Of a stretch of 64,000 bases of DNA, positions 48,355 through 58,684 are shown in pieces. The notes beneath the pieces are model-generated. The model was not told the origin of the DNA. It made no database searches and saw only the letters and a list, made by a program, of their open reading frames with translations. A program made the position numbers and the translations under genes. Source of the DNA: an uncultured Verrucomicrobiae bacterium (lineage in GTDB: Bacteria > Verrucomicrobiota > Verrucomicrobiia > Chthoniobacterales > Chthoniobacteraceae). The stretch covers positions 160,001 through 224,000 of the forward strand of contig CAVYKI010000002.1 of NCBI GenBank assembly GCA_963769025.1, written 5' to 3'. Every line of letters begins with the position of its first letter. Position 1 is the first letter of the stretch.

Positions 48355-48366
48355 CCCAACACGACC

Positions 48367-50282
48367 ATGGCTCACGCCGCAGAAGCACACACGCAGGAAG
48401 GCCACGCCGACCACGGGCACCACGACCACCACGATCCCGGGTTCTGGCGCAAGTGGGTCTTCTCCACCGATCACAAGATGATCGGTATTCAGTACACCGT
48501 CACCGGGCTCGCATTCCTGTTTTTCGGATTCGGGCTGATGATGGTGATGCGCTGGTCCATCGCGCATGGTGCGGAAGCGCTGCCAGGCACGTGGGGTTCG
48601 ATGCTCCATGCCATTTTCGGCGATGCGGTATTCGACAAAGTCGTCGGACCGGATGGAAAAGCCATCGTCGGCTATTCGCTATCAACGCAGGGCTACAACG
48701 TTTTCGGAGCCATGCACGGCACCATCATGGTGTTCTTCGGCATTGTGCCGATCGCTTTCGCGGGCTTCGCGAATTTCGTGCTGCCGCTTCAGATCGGCGC
48801 CGTCGGACATGGCGTTTCCGCGCATCAACATGGCGAGCTTCTGGTGCTTCTTCATCAGTTGCGTCATCATGGTGTGGAGCTTTTTCGTGGAGGGCAGCGC
48901 GGCAAAATCCGGCTGGACGAACTACCCGCCACTCGCCGGCGTCGCCGACTCCGGACCGACCATTCATCACGTTTTCAACGGCGGCACGCTCTGGCTGATC
49001 GGCATGGTGTTCAACATCACCGCGTCGCTGCTCGGCTCGATCAATTTCATCGCCACCGTCGTCCAGCTCCGCGCGCCGGGCATGACGTGGGGCCGCCTGC
49101 CGTTCTTCGTCTGGGCACAGTTCATCACCGCCTATCTCCTCCTGCTCGCCTTCCCGCCGCTCGAGTCCGCGGCGATCATGAATCTCTTCGACCGCGTATT
49201 CGGTTCGAGCTTCTTCATGCCTACCGGCCTCGTCGTAAATGCGATGGGCTCCGACGGCCAGCCGTTGCTGTTCTCCGGCGGTGGCAGCCCGATGCTCTGG
49301 CAGCATCTTGTTCTGGTTCCTCGCGCATCCGGAGGTGTACGTGCTCATCCTGCCGGGCATCGGCATGGTCACCGAGATCATCGCGTGCAACAGCCGCAAG
49401 CCCATCTGGGGCTACAAGTCCATGGTCGGCGCGATTTTCGTGCTCGCGTTCCTCTCGCTTCATCGTCTGGGCGCACCACATGTACATGACGGGCATGGGC
49501 CCGAAGGTCTCCGCGTTCTTCCAGACGACCACGATCATGATCTCGATCCCGTCGGTGATTCTGCTGACGGCACTGCTGATCTCGCTGTGGGGAGGATCGA
49601 TCCGTTTCAATACGCCGATGCTCTTCGCCACGGCGTTTCTGCCGATGTTCGGCATCGGAGGGCTCACCGGCATCCCGCTCGCATTCAATGCCGTGGATCT
49701 CTACATGCACGATACCTACTACGTCATCGCGCATTTCCATTACATCGTCGCGCCGGGCACCATCTTCGCGATCTTCGCAGGCATCTATCACTGGTTTCCC
49801 GAAGGCAACGGGGCGCATGATGAACGAAACGCTCGGCAAGCTGCACTTCTGGGGCTCGCTGATTGCCATCAATCTGCCTCTTCGTCGCCGATGTTCCTGC
49901 AGGGCATGGCCGGTGTGCATCGCCGCTGGTGGGATGGCGGAAGCGCGGCTTATTCCGCGACCGTCCAGTCGGTGCTCCATTGGAATCAATTCTCATCCAA
50001 TGCCGCGTGGGCGCTTGGCCTGGTGCAGTTGATTTTCGTGTTCAATTTCTTCTGGAGCATCGTTCCGCGGGCGCAAGGTGCCGAATGACAATCCGTGGGA
50101 CGCGACCACCCTCGAGTGGGACACGCCGACGCCGCCTCCGCACGGCAACTTCATCAAGCCCATCACCGTCTATCGCGGCCCGTACGAATACAGCGTGCCC
50201 GGCGCGGACAAGGACTTCACGCCACAGTCCGAGCCGCCCGCCGGAACGCGCCGCACCAGCCGCGGCCCCTGCGCACGCGTAG
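48367..50282 (+). CDS. ctaD: A-type cytochrome c oxidase subunit I (frameshifted)
   Basis: STDHKMIG, MHGTIM, DMAFPRIN, GWTNYPPL, AHPEVY, WAHHMY, HDTYYVIAHFHY; all six His ligands are present. Confidence 0.95.
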
Positions 50283-50303
50283 GCAGGAATACTTTCGCGA
50301 CTC

Positions 50304-51228
50304 ATGGAAATCCCATACACAGTTACGCCGCGTCCCGACACCGGCCTTACCAATCCGAAGCTCGGCATCTGGCTGTTCCTCGCCTCGGAAGTCATGCTCT
50401 TCGGCGGACTCTTCGCCGGCTACATCTTCATGCGCCTCGGCGCGGAACCGTGGATGTGGCCGCAAGGCTGGCTGAACGTTCCCGTCGGCACGTTCAACAC
50501 CTTCATCCTCATCGCATCGTCCGTGACCGTCATCCTGTCATGGGAGGCGCTGAAGATGCGGAATTACAAGGCGTTCAAGACATGGCTTGTTGATCACCTG
50601 GCTCTGCGGCATCGCGTTCCTTGCGGTGAAACTCAGCATCGAGTGGCCCGCCAAGTTCAGCCATTTCGGTGCCTACATCAAAAAGGAGGCCGCGGAGAAG
50701 TACGAACCTTACCTCGGTAACGATGACGGCAAGGACAGCGCCGGCAATTTCGAGAGCGGCTACCTCGCACGCAAAGGATATCCCCGTCTCTTCATCAGCG
50801 GCCACCCGGAAAATTGGGCGGATGTCTCGAACCCAAAGGTGGACAAAATCGTCCTCGAGGCCATCGACGAGGAGAACAGCACACCGAGATCCGCCGACCA
50901 CGATCGCGCCCGTTTCATCCCGCGCGACATGGTGCACCTGCACGAAGGCCATAAGGTCGTCCTGCACAAATCCGATTTGGTGAACGGCTACGGCCCCTTC
51001 TACCCGCGGCTGAACACATACCTCGCATGCTACTTCATGATCACCGGCCTGCACGGCCTGCACGTGCTCGGCGGCGTGCTCGTCTTCATGTATTTCTGGG
51101 GCCCAGGCTCGAAGCTCTTTAAGACCAACCCCGAGCAACTCAGCAACCGAATCGAAGTCGCCGGCCTCTTCTGGCATCTGGTGGACTTGGTCTGGATCTT
51201 CGTCTTCCCGATTTTCTATCTCCTTTGA
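50304..51228 (+). CDS. ctaE: Cytochrome c oxidase subunit III (frameshifted; large loop insertion)
   Basis: GIWLFLASEVMLFGGLF, NTFILIASS, ITGLHGLHV, GLFWHLVDLVWIFVFP. Confidence 0.93.
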
Positions 51229-51230
51229 AA

Positions 51231-51665
51231 ATGGCCGACCATCATTCACCCGCTCCAGCTACGACACCGCAAGCCGCACACGCTGCGCCCGATGGGCATG
51301 CTTCCCCTGGCCACGGCGACTACTTGCATCACGTCCGTCCCTATCTGCTGGTCGGAGCTGCACTGTTTGTTTTCACCATCATCACCGTGGGGCTGTCCTA
51401 CGTGAGATTTGAGGACGCCGCGATTTTCCGCTGGGTGTTCGCGATCATCGGCATCCACGGCCACGGCATCAACATCACCATCGGCCTGATTGTCGCCGCA
51501 TTCAAAGTCTGCCTCGTCGGAGCGTGGTTCATGCACTTGAAATCGGAAAAGGGCGAAATCTGGCGCCCGCTGATCTTCACCTTTATCTTTTGCTTCGGAT
51601 TGTTCGCTTTGTTCCTGCTGGCCCATTCGGATCCGATTTACTCGACCATCTTCACGCAGCACTGA
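51231..51665 (+). CDS. ctaF: Cytochrome c oxidase subunit IV (prokaryotic)
   Basis: His-rich N-terminus; IVAAFKVCLVGAWFMHLK. Confidence 0.88.
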   Translation: MADHHSPAPATTPQAAHAAPDGHASPGHGDYLHHVRPYLLVGAALFVFTIITVGLSYVRFEDAAIFRWVFAIIGIHGHGINITIGLIVAAFKVCLVGAWFMHLKSEKGEIWRPLIFTFIFCFGLFALFLLAHSDPIYSTIFTQH

Positions 51666-51850
51666 TGTCGCTAAAAATCTTCCACATCTTTTTCATCCTC
51701 CTGAGCTCCGCCCTTTGCGGGGGCGTGGCGTGGTGGTGTTTTGACAATGGTGTGGCAAAACTTTACGGCTATCTCTTCGCGGCAGCCGCGGCGCTGCTTC
51801 CCGTGTATGGTGCCTGGTTCCTCTGGAAGACCCGAAAACTCATCCTATGA
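51665..51850 (+). CDS. Small two-TM protein in the oxidase operon
   Basis: MSLKIFHIFFILLS...YGAWFLWK; overlaps the stop and start of its neighbours. Confidence 0.7.
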   Translation: MSLKIFHIFFILLSSALCGGVAWWCFDNGVAKLYGYLFAAAAALLPVYGAWFLWKTRKLIL

Positions 51851-52113
51851 GGCGTCCCTTCCCGATCCTGTTGGCTGTCACGTTCGCCACGATCCCCGCA
51901 AGAGCGTCCGCCTGCGCAGTCTGCATGGGCGATCCGAATTCGTACCTCGCCGATGCAACCAACAGCACCATCTGGATACTGCTCGGTCTCGTGGGGTTCA
52001 TCTTCGTGGCCACCGGGCTGACCGCCCTTTTTCTCTGGTATCATGCGCGAACGCCGCTCCCGCCGCATGTCCAGTTGGTAGAAAACCTCACAACCGAACC
52101 CGAGGAATGCTGA
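51847..52113 (+). CDS. Small exported CxxC membrane protein
   Basis: Signal peptide, then ACAVCMG and one TM helix. Confidence 0.72.
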   Translation: MRRPFPILLAVTFATIPARASACAVCMGDPNSYLADATNSTIWILLGLVGFIFVATGLTALFLWYHARTPLPPHVQLVENLTTEPEEC

Positions 52114-52114
52114 A

Positions 52115-52999
52115 ATGACACTCGCTGCCCTGTCTGACTATTTCGATCTCAACAAGCTCATGGGCATGCTCCCGAACCACTCGGAGCATGGCAAGGAGAT
52201 CGATCACATGCTGAACTTCTGCCACTGGTTCATGCTGCTTCTCTTTGTGGGGTGGGGGAGTTTCTACCTCTACACGATCTGGCGCTTCCGCAAATCCCGG
52301 CACCCGCGTGCGGACTACCACGGCGTGCGCAGCCACCTCTCGACGCACTTGGAAGTTGGCGTCGTCATCATCGAGGCCGTCATCCTGCTCGGCTTCGCGC
52401 TGCCGCTTTGGGGCAAGCGTGTGAACGAGATTCCCGATGACGAAAAGGATGGCGCGCTGAAGGTCCGGGCAATGGGCTATCAGTTCGGATGGTATTTCCA
52501 CTACGCCGGTGTGGACGGCAAGTTCGGCCGCCAGCACATCCGCTTCATCCAGAGTCCGAACGTCCTCGGCCTCGATCCTACCGATCCGGACGGTGCGGAC
52601 GACATCGTCGTCGCGGACAACCAGCTCCATTTGATCAATCACAAGGCGACCGTCGTCCGCGTGAGTTCGCGCGACGTGATCCACGGCTTTGCACTTCATG
52701 AGATGCGCATCCAGCAGGATGCCATCCCCGGCACCGAGGCACCGCAATGGTTCCGCCCGGTTTCGACGGGCGAGTGGCAGATCATTTGCGCGCAGCTTTG
52801 CGGCGCGGGTCACTCGACCATGCAGGCAAAGTACATCGTCGAAGATCAAAAGACATTCGACGAGTGGTATGCGGGTCAGCACGACTTCACTCAGGGCTAC
52901 CTTAAGAGGCAGGCTGAGGAGGTCCGGAAAAAGGCCGCCGAGGAGCAGGCTGAAATCGCGAAGAAAGCCGCCGAACACGGCGAAAAGAAGGCGCATTGA
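52115..52999 (+). CDS. ctaC: Cytochrome c oxidase subunit II (CuA, no heme c domain)
   Basis: Two TM helices, YQFGW, DVIHGF, CAQLCGAGHSTM. Confidence 0.94.
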   Translation: MTLAALSDYFDLNKLMGMLPNHSEHGKEIDHMLNFCHWFMLLLFVGWGSFYLYTIWRFRKSRHPRADYHGVRSHLSTHLEVGVVIIEAVILLGFALPLWGKRVNEIPDDEKDGALKVRAMGYQFGWYFHYAGVDGKFGRQHIRFIQSPNVLGLDPTDPDGADDIVVADNQLHLINHKATVVRVSSRDVIHGFALHEMRIQQDAIPGTEAPQWFRPVSTGEWQIICAQLCGAGHSTMQAKYIVEDQKTFDEWYAGQHDFTQGYLKRQAEEVRKKAAEEQAEIAKKAAEHGEKKAH

Positions 53000-53147
53000 G
53001 CGCGTCTTCACGCGCATTTTTGCGAAGCGAGCGGCGCCCTTGTACCGTTCCATCGCGCACACGCCGCCTGCGACACGCCGTCAGGCGCGATAGCGCGCAA
53101 CTGCTCCCTTTCCGCACCCGGTTCCTCGGATAGACTCCGCCGTTCAT

Positions 53148-54296
53148 ATGGATCATCCGCCAACCAACCCGTGGATTTCACGACTCGCGAAGGTCTGCGT
53201 GTTGCTGACCTTTTTCCTCATCTTCCTCGGAGCCATCGTCACGACCAGCGGGGCAGGGATGGCCGCGCCAGCGGCACCTCATGTGGATGGCACTTTGCTC
53301 AACCCCACCAGCCCGGTGACGCAGACCGCGTGGTGGAAAGACCCGGCGCTGCTGAAGGAACATACGCACCGCCTGGTCGCGATGAGCCTCGGCCTCGGCA
53401 TCGGCGCGCTCGCTGCCGCGCTCTGGCGCAACTGGCTCGCATTTGCCGTCTCCCTCCTCTTCATGGGCGCTGCGGAAGGCCTCCGTTCCCTGAAGCTCGA
53501 CCCCGCGCTTATCGCCCAACTCCGCATCTGGCCCGCGATGATTCTCTTCATCACGCTGCTCATCTTCGGCGCACGACGGCGCGGTATAAGGCCAACCACG
53601 GAGCAGTGGATGGCGCTAATCGCGTACATCGCCGCATGCGCGCAGGCGCTGCTCGGCTCGCTTCGCGTGAATTTCGAAACGGCCGGAAGCATCGCCCTCG
53701 CGACGAACATCCGCACATTCCACGGAATCTTCGCGCAGGCGTTCCTCGCCATGCTTGTCATTCTGGCCGCGCGACTCTCGCCGTTTTGGGGCCGACTCTG
53801 CTCGCCGCTGCCGGTGGCGGCAAAAATCCGACGGCTGGCTGTGGCTGCGATGGTCCTCTACTTTGCTCAGATCACCTGCGCGGCATATCTCCGCCACCGG
53901 GGCCTCGGTCTCGCGATCGCCAGCTGGCCCGCGGCGCAGGCCGATCCGGGATGGAGCGTCAGCGGGAGCTGGCTGCCGGCTGTCTGGTCGCACGTCACCG
54001 GCATTCACTTTCTGCACACCCGCGTCCTTCCGGTGCTGCTGCTCGGGCATCTCGTCGGCATGGGCATCATCCTGATCAAGCGTGCACGGCCAGAACCGCT
54101 GCTCTCGCGTCTCGGGCTTCCGCTTGCGGCGATCACCGCCGTGCAGTTCCTCCTCGGTGTCCTGGTCGTCGTGCTCTACATCCACGGTGTCCCGCGCAAT
54201 CCGCACATCACCAATACCCACGTCCTCACCGGTGCGCTGCTCGTCGCGCTCATCGCGCTCATTTTCACCAGGGCAGGGCGGCTCCGCGCGGCATGA
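53148..54296 (+). CDS. ctaA: Heme A synthase (COX15/CtaA)
   Basis: LGAIVTTSGAG, EHTHRL, QALLG, FHGIFAQ, FLHTR, QFLLG, HVLTGA. Confidence 0.8.
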   Translation: MDHPPTNPWISRLAKVCVLLTFFLIFLGAIVTTSGAGMAAPAAPHVDGTLLNPTSPVTQTAWWKDPALLKEHTHRLVAMSLGLGIGALAAALWRNWLAFAVSLLFMGAAEGLRSLKLDPALIAQLRIWPAMILFITLLIFGARRRGIRPTTEQWMALIAYIAACAQALLGSLRVNFETAGSIALATNIRTFHGIFAQAFLAMLVILAARLSPFWGRLCSPLPVAAKIRRLAVAAMVLYFAQITCAAYLRHRGLGLAIASWPAAQADPGWSVSGSWLPAVWSHVTGIHFLHTRVLPVLLLGHLVGMGIILIKRARPEPLLSRLGLPLAAITAVQFLLGVLVVVLYIHGVPRNPHITNTHVLTGALLVALIALIFTRAGRLRAA

Positions 54297-55192
54297 GCAC
54301 GCCAGCCGCCAGCGCCATCCCGCATGCGAACGCCGAGCCCGGCATACTCGCCGATCTCCTCGATCTCACCAAGGCGCGCCTCAACCTGCTGGTGCTCATC
54401 ACGACCTTCGTCGGTTATTGGATGGGATCCTCCGGCGCGATGAACTGGCAGCGTCTCATCTGCGCGATGCTCGGCACTGCGCTCACCGCCGCATCTGCCG
54501 CCGCGCTGAACCAGCTTTGGGAGCGCAAGGTGGACGCGCTCATGGCACGCACCGCGAGCCGGCCGCTTCCTGCCGGTCGCATGAAAGGCGGCATCGCGTT
54601 CGCGCTCGGCCTCGCGCTGGGCACCGCGGGCACCGCCCTGCTCTGGTTTGCCGTAAACTCGCTGAGCGCTCTGCTCGCACTGGGAACGCTCGTCATTTAC
54701 GTGCTGATTTACACGCCGATGAAGCGCCGCACCGCACTTTGCACACTCGTCGGCGCGGTGAGCGGAGCCATCCCGCCGGTCGTCGGATGGGCGGCCGCAA
54801 ATCCCGATCTCACGCTCGGGGCATGGGTGCTCTTCGCCGTGCTGTTCGCGTGGCAGATGCCGCACTTCCTCGCCATCGCATGGATGTATCGCGAGCAGTA
54901 CCGCGGCGCTGGTTTCGTCATGCTCAAGCGCGACGACGAGACCGGGTTCACGACGGCGGCGACGAGTTTCGTGTTTACGCTCCTGCTCACGGCCGCGACG
55001 TTGGTGCCGTTCGATGCCGGGACGGCGGGTGGCACGTATCTCGGCGGCGCGCTGCTCATCAACAGCGTCTTCTTTCTCGCAGCCCTTCATTTCTTTGCCG
55101 ACCGCTCACGCCCGGTCGCGCGCCGGTTGTTTTTCGCGAGCATCATCTACCTCCCGCTCATCCTCGGGCTCATGGTCTTCACCAAGGAATGA
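54293..55192 (+). CDS. ctaB: Protoheme IX farnesyltransferase (heme O synthase)
   Basis: LTKARL, NQLWERKVDALMARTASRPLP, YTPMKR, GAIPP, WQMPHF. Confidence 0.95.
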   Translation: MSTPAASAIPHANAEPGILADLLDLTKARLNLLVLITTFVGYWMGSSGAMNWQRLICAMLGTALTAASAAALNQLWERKVDALMARTASRPLPAGRMKGGIAFALGLALGTAGTALLWFAVNSLSALLALGTLVIYVLIYTPMKRRTALCTLVGAVSGAIPPVVGWAAANPDLTLGAWVLFAVLFAWQMPHFLAIAWMYREQYRGAGFVMLKRDDETGFTTAATSFVFTLLLTAATLVPFDAGTAGGTYLGGALLINSVFFLAALHFFADRSRPVARRLFFASIIYLPLILGLMVFTKE

Positions 55193-55770
55193 ACGCACAC
55201 CGTTTCACGGCCATCGCCGCCGCAATTTTTCTCGCCGGCTGCACGGAGGCAAGGCCGCTGCCGAAACGCTTCGAGGTCCCAAAATTCACCCTTGCCGAGC
55301 GCAGCGGGCAACCGTTCGATTCCACGTCGCTGCTCGGCAAAGTCTGGGTCGCGGATTTCTTTTTTACCTCGTGCCCCGGCACCTGCCTCCTGCTGAGCAA
55401 CCGCATGAAGGAAATCCACGCGGCCACGGCGAAAGGCGGCGGCGTCCATTTCGTATCCATCAGCACCGATCCTGAAACAGATACGCCCGAGGTGCTCCGC
55501 AACTATGCCGCAAGCCTGGGGGCCGACGAGCGTTGGTCGTTTCTCACCGGACCGCGCCAGGCGATTTTCGAACTGAGCATTGGCGGATTCAAACTCGCGC
55601 TCGCGGATGCCGACGGCGTGGACGTGAAGGAAAAGATCATCCACAGCACGAAGCTTGTCCTTGTGGACCGGCGGGGCTGGATTCGCGACTACTACGACGG
55701 TGTCGGCGACAAGCCCGGTGAAAAGGAACGCCTGCTCGCTGACATCAAACGCCTTCTCCAAGAGCCATGA
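55189..55770 (+). CDS. SCO family copper chaperone (lipoprotein)
   Basis: LAGC lipobox, FFTSCPGTC, DPETDTP, IIHS..LVLVD. Confidence 0.93.
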   Translation: MNAHRFTAIAAAIFLAGCTEARPLPKRFEVPKFTLAERSGQPFDSTSLLGKVWVADFFFTSCPGTCLLLSNRMKEIHAATAKGGGVHFVSISTDPETDTPEVLRNYAASLGADERWSFLTGPRQAIFELSIGGFKLALADADGVDVKEKIIHSTKLVLVDRRGWIRDYYDGVGDKPGEKERLLADIKRLLQEP

Positions 55771-56213
55771 CCGCACTCGAAAGTCTTCCAGCCATCAACG
55801 CCTCGCTCAACGCCACGTGCGGCATCCTTTTGGTGTTTGGCATCTGGCTGATCAAGACCGAGCGCAAGCAGGCGCACGGCATGGTCATGGGCGCGGCATT
55901 TGCCGTTTCGTGCATTTTTCTCGGGTTCTACATCTGGCACAAATTCGAGCTGCACGCCGCGACGGGACGCTGGAACACGACATTCCCCGGACCGCAGCCA
56001 TGGAGGACGATCTACCTCGTGATGCTTGCGACGCACGTCGTGCTCGCGATGGCCGTGCCGCCGCTGGCGATTGTCACCATGCGCCACGCGCTCGCCGGGC
56101 GTTACGAAGCGCATCGCAGGCTCTCAAAGGTGACGTTTCCCGTCTGGTTCTATGTGAGCGTCACCGGCGTGCTGGTGTATTTCTTTTTGTACCGCTGGTT
56201 TCCAGTCGAGTGA
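55767..56213 (+). CDS. DUF420 (CtaM-like) membrane protein
   Basis: LPAINASLN, H...M, THVVLA, HRRL...TFPVWFYVSVTGVLVY. Confidence 0.9.
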   Translation: MTALESLPAINASLNATCGILLVFGIWLIKTERKQAHGMVMGAAFAVSCIFLGFYIWHKFELHAATGRWNTTFPGPQPWRTIYLVMLATHVVLAMAVPPLAIVTMRHALAGRYEAHRRLSKVTFPVWFYVSVTGVLVYFFLYRWFPVE

Positions 56214-56301
56214 CGGTCCACGCCCGAGGCAAAGGATCCGTTTGGAAAGTGGGAGGCCGTCACGATTGCCATCCTGGCCGCCATCCGCGCCGCGCTGGCG
56301 C

Positions 56302-57243
56302 TCAGCCGAAGGCTTTTCGCAGCATCGCAAGGCTTTTCGGGACGGCGGTATCCGCGTTCTCCTTGCCCTCCATCTCGAGCGAGACGTATCCGCTGTAGCC
56401 AGCCTCGGCGAGGATGCGCGCGATGCGCGGGTAATCCAGCTCCAGCGTGTACCACATGCCGCCGCCGAAGTAGGTCTTCGCCTGCACGAAGATCGTCCTT
56501 GGCGCGATCTGCTTCAATTTGTCGTACGGGTCCTCCAGAAAATTCCCGGTGTCCATCAGCGCGCCGATGAACGGCGAGTCGAACGCCGCCAGCAGCCGCA
56601 ACAGGCCCTCGGGCGCGCGTGTAAGTCCCCAGTGATTTTCCAGCGCGAGGACGACGCCGAGTTCCTCCGCGCGCTTCAGGCATTTGCCGAGGCCGTCGAT
56701 TGCCCACTCAAACGCATCGTCGTCGGTATGCCCGGCAAGCGGCGGCTCGAGCCCGCGCTTTTTCATGAACTCGTCGAAATCCTTCACGGTGTTCCAGCGC
56801 CCCGCGTTCACGCGGATCGACGCGGCACCGAGTGCATCCGCGACTTCGAGGCATCTCAGCGTGTGGTCCACATTCGACTGGCGCGACTTCGGGTCCGGCG
56901 AAACAAAACTTTGGTGCGTGCTCAGGCACGCCACGTCCACGCCGTTGCGGAATGCGGTCCGCCTGAGCTTCCGGCAGTAGGCGCGTCCGGCGGCATCGAG
57001 CGGCTTCCTCTCGTCGATTTCCATCTGGCGGTGCAGGACATCCACGCATTCCACGCCGAGCTCCCCCGCGCGCTCGAACACCGTCTCGATCGGGAACTTC
57101 TTCCCCTCGAAGTGCCAGTAGGAATACGTCGAGATGCCCAGCTTGATGCGCTTCTTGAAACGCGGCGTCGGGTCTGCGGCCGCGCTCTTCCCTGGCGCGA
57201 GGGCGGCGGCACTTGCTGCGAGGAGGAATTCGCGTCGTTTCAT
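56302..57243 (-). CDS. Tat-exported sugar phosphate isomerase/epimerase (TIM barrel)
   Basis: MKRREFL, GISTYS, LALENHWG, MDTGNF, SLEMEG. Confidence 0.9.
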   Translation of the reverse strand: MKRREFLLAASAAALAPGKSAAADPTPRFKKRIKLGISTYSYWHFEGKKFPIETVFERAGELGVECVDVLHRQMEIDERKPLDAAGRAYCRKLRRTAFRNGVDVACLSTHQSFVSPDPKSRQSNVDHTLRCLEVADALGAASIRVNAGRWNTVKDFDEFMKKRGLEPPLAGHTDDDAFEWAIDGLGKCLKRAEELGVVLALENHWGLTRAPEGLLRLLAAFDSPFIGALMDTGNFLEDPYDKLKQIAPRTIFVQAKTYFGGGMWYTLELDYPRIARILAEAGYSGYVSLEMEGKENADTAVPKSLAMLRKAFG

Positions 57244-57292
57244 TCGGAACCTGCGCCACTATGCATGGCACCTGCCCCGCCCGCAACCGCCG

Positions 57293-57757
57293 TCAGGGCC
57301 GCGCCTCGCCGAGCCGCGCCGCAATGGCGAGCAGCAGCGCCTTTTCCGTGTCGCTCCAGTCGTGCGCCGCTGCCTTTGCCACGCCGAGGACTCCGCGGAG
57401 ATCGTCCGCCACGAGCATCGGCACCGCGAGCGAGCCTTCCATTCCGGTCGCCTTCGCCGCGGGCCGCGCCTGGCCGGAGGTGTCGGTCTGGAGATTGCAG
57501 AGCGACACCGGTTCGCGATTTTGCGCCGCAAGGCCGGCGATGCCTTTCCCAACTGGCACTGTCGCGGCGAGCTGGACGATTGCCTCGGGAATGTTGCGGT
57601 GCGCCGCGAGCTTGAGCATCCCGCTCTGCGGATCGAGCCAGTGAACTGTCCCAGCCTGGCAGTCGAGTGCGCGGATCGATGCGTCGAGGACTGCCTGCGG
57701 GTCGCGCGCCTGCAGTGCTTTGGCGACCGGCTCGGGGATGTTGCTGTGGGTGCTCAT
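57293..57757 (-). CDS. Stand-alone GAF domain protein
   Basis: VPVGKGIAGLAA...PV..CNL...SLAVPM...GVLGV. Confidence 0.88.
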   Translation of the reverse strand: MSTHSNIPEPVAKALQARDPQAVLDASIRALDCQAGTVHWLDPQSGMLKLAAHRNIPEAIVQLAATVPVGKGIAGLAAQNREPVSLCNLQTDTSGQARPAAKATGMEGSLAVPMLVADDLRGVLGVAKAAAHDWSDTEKALLLAIAARLGEARP

Positions 57758-57852
57758 GGCCGCATTGTCGGGGGCGGCAAAGTGCGTGGCAACTCCGCGC
57801 TCGCGAACTTTCCACTCGTCACATGCGCCACTCCGCGAAATATGTCCCCGCA

Positions 57853-58659
57853 ATGATTCCCACGCGGCTCCAGCAAATCATCGAAGTGAAACAGGCGGAG
57901 GTGGCGAAGCTGCTCCCGCGGCTCGCCCACCTTCGCGAGGCCGCGTTGTTGCGGAATGATTTTCGCGGATTCGCCGCAGCACTGGAACGCGGACCGTCCA
58001 CGCTCGGCGTGATCGCGGAGGTGAAGAAGGCGAGCCCAAGCGCTGGTGTGATCGCCAGCGATTTCGACCCGGTGGCGATCGCGCAGGCCTATGAGGCTGC
58101 GGGGGCGGATTGCATCAGCGTGCTCACGGACGAGAAATTTTTTCAGGGCCACCTTTCGTACCTCACGCGGATCCGCGAGGCGGTCCACCTGCCCTGCCTG
58201 CGCAAGGACTTCATCATTCACGAGGCGCAAATTTTTGAGGCGAGCGTCGCCGGGGCCGACTGCATCCTGCTCATCGTCGCGGCGCTCGAGCAGGCGGAGC
58301 TTGAGCACCTGTTTCAGACAGGAGCGGATTTCCAGATGGATGTCCTCGTAGAGGTGCACACGCGCGAGGAACTCGACCGCGCGCTCGATCTCGGCGCGAA
58401 GCTGATCGGGATCAACAACCGTAACCTGCACACCTTCGAAGTGGACATCGCCACGACTGAGGAACTCAGCGGGGACGTGCCGGACGATGTGCTGCTCGTG
58501 AGCGAAAGCGGACTGAAGACTCGCGCCGACACTCAGCGGGTCCTCGATTGCGGAGGAAACGCGATCCTCGTCGGGGAATCGCTGATCCGCGCCGGAATCG
58601 CAGGAATTCCCGGGCAGATGCAGGAATTGCTTTCGGTCGAGCCGCGGCCTGCGGAGTAG
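57853..58659 (+). CDS. trpC: Indole-3-glycerol phosphate synthase
   Basis: IAEVKKASPSAG, ISVLTD, LRKDF, LVEVH, GINNRNL, VSESG. Confidence 0.96.
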   Translation: MIPTRLQQIIEVKQAEVAKLLPRLAHLREAALLRNDFRGFAAALERGPSTLGVIAEVKKASPSAGVIASDFDPVAIAQAYEAAGADCISVLTDEKFFQGHLSYLTRIREAVHLPCLRKDFIIHEAQIFEASVAGADCILLIVAALEQAELEHLFQTGADFQMDVLVEVHTREELDRALDLGAKLIGINNRNLHTFEVDIATTEELSGDVPDDVLLVSESGLKTRADTQRVLDCGGNAILVGESLIRAGIAGIPGQMQELLSVEPRPAE

Positions 58660-58684
58660 GCCGTTTGGGCGTCCGCCCGTCCGG

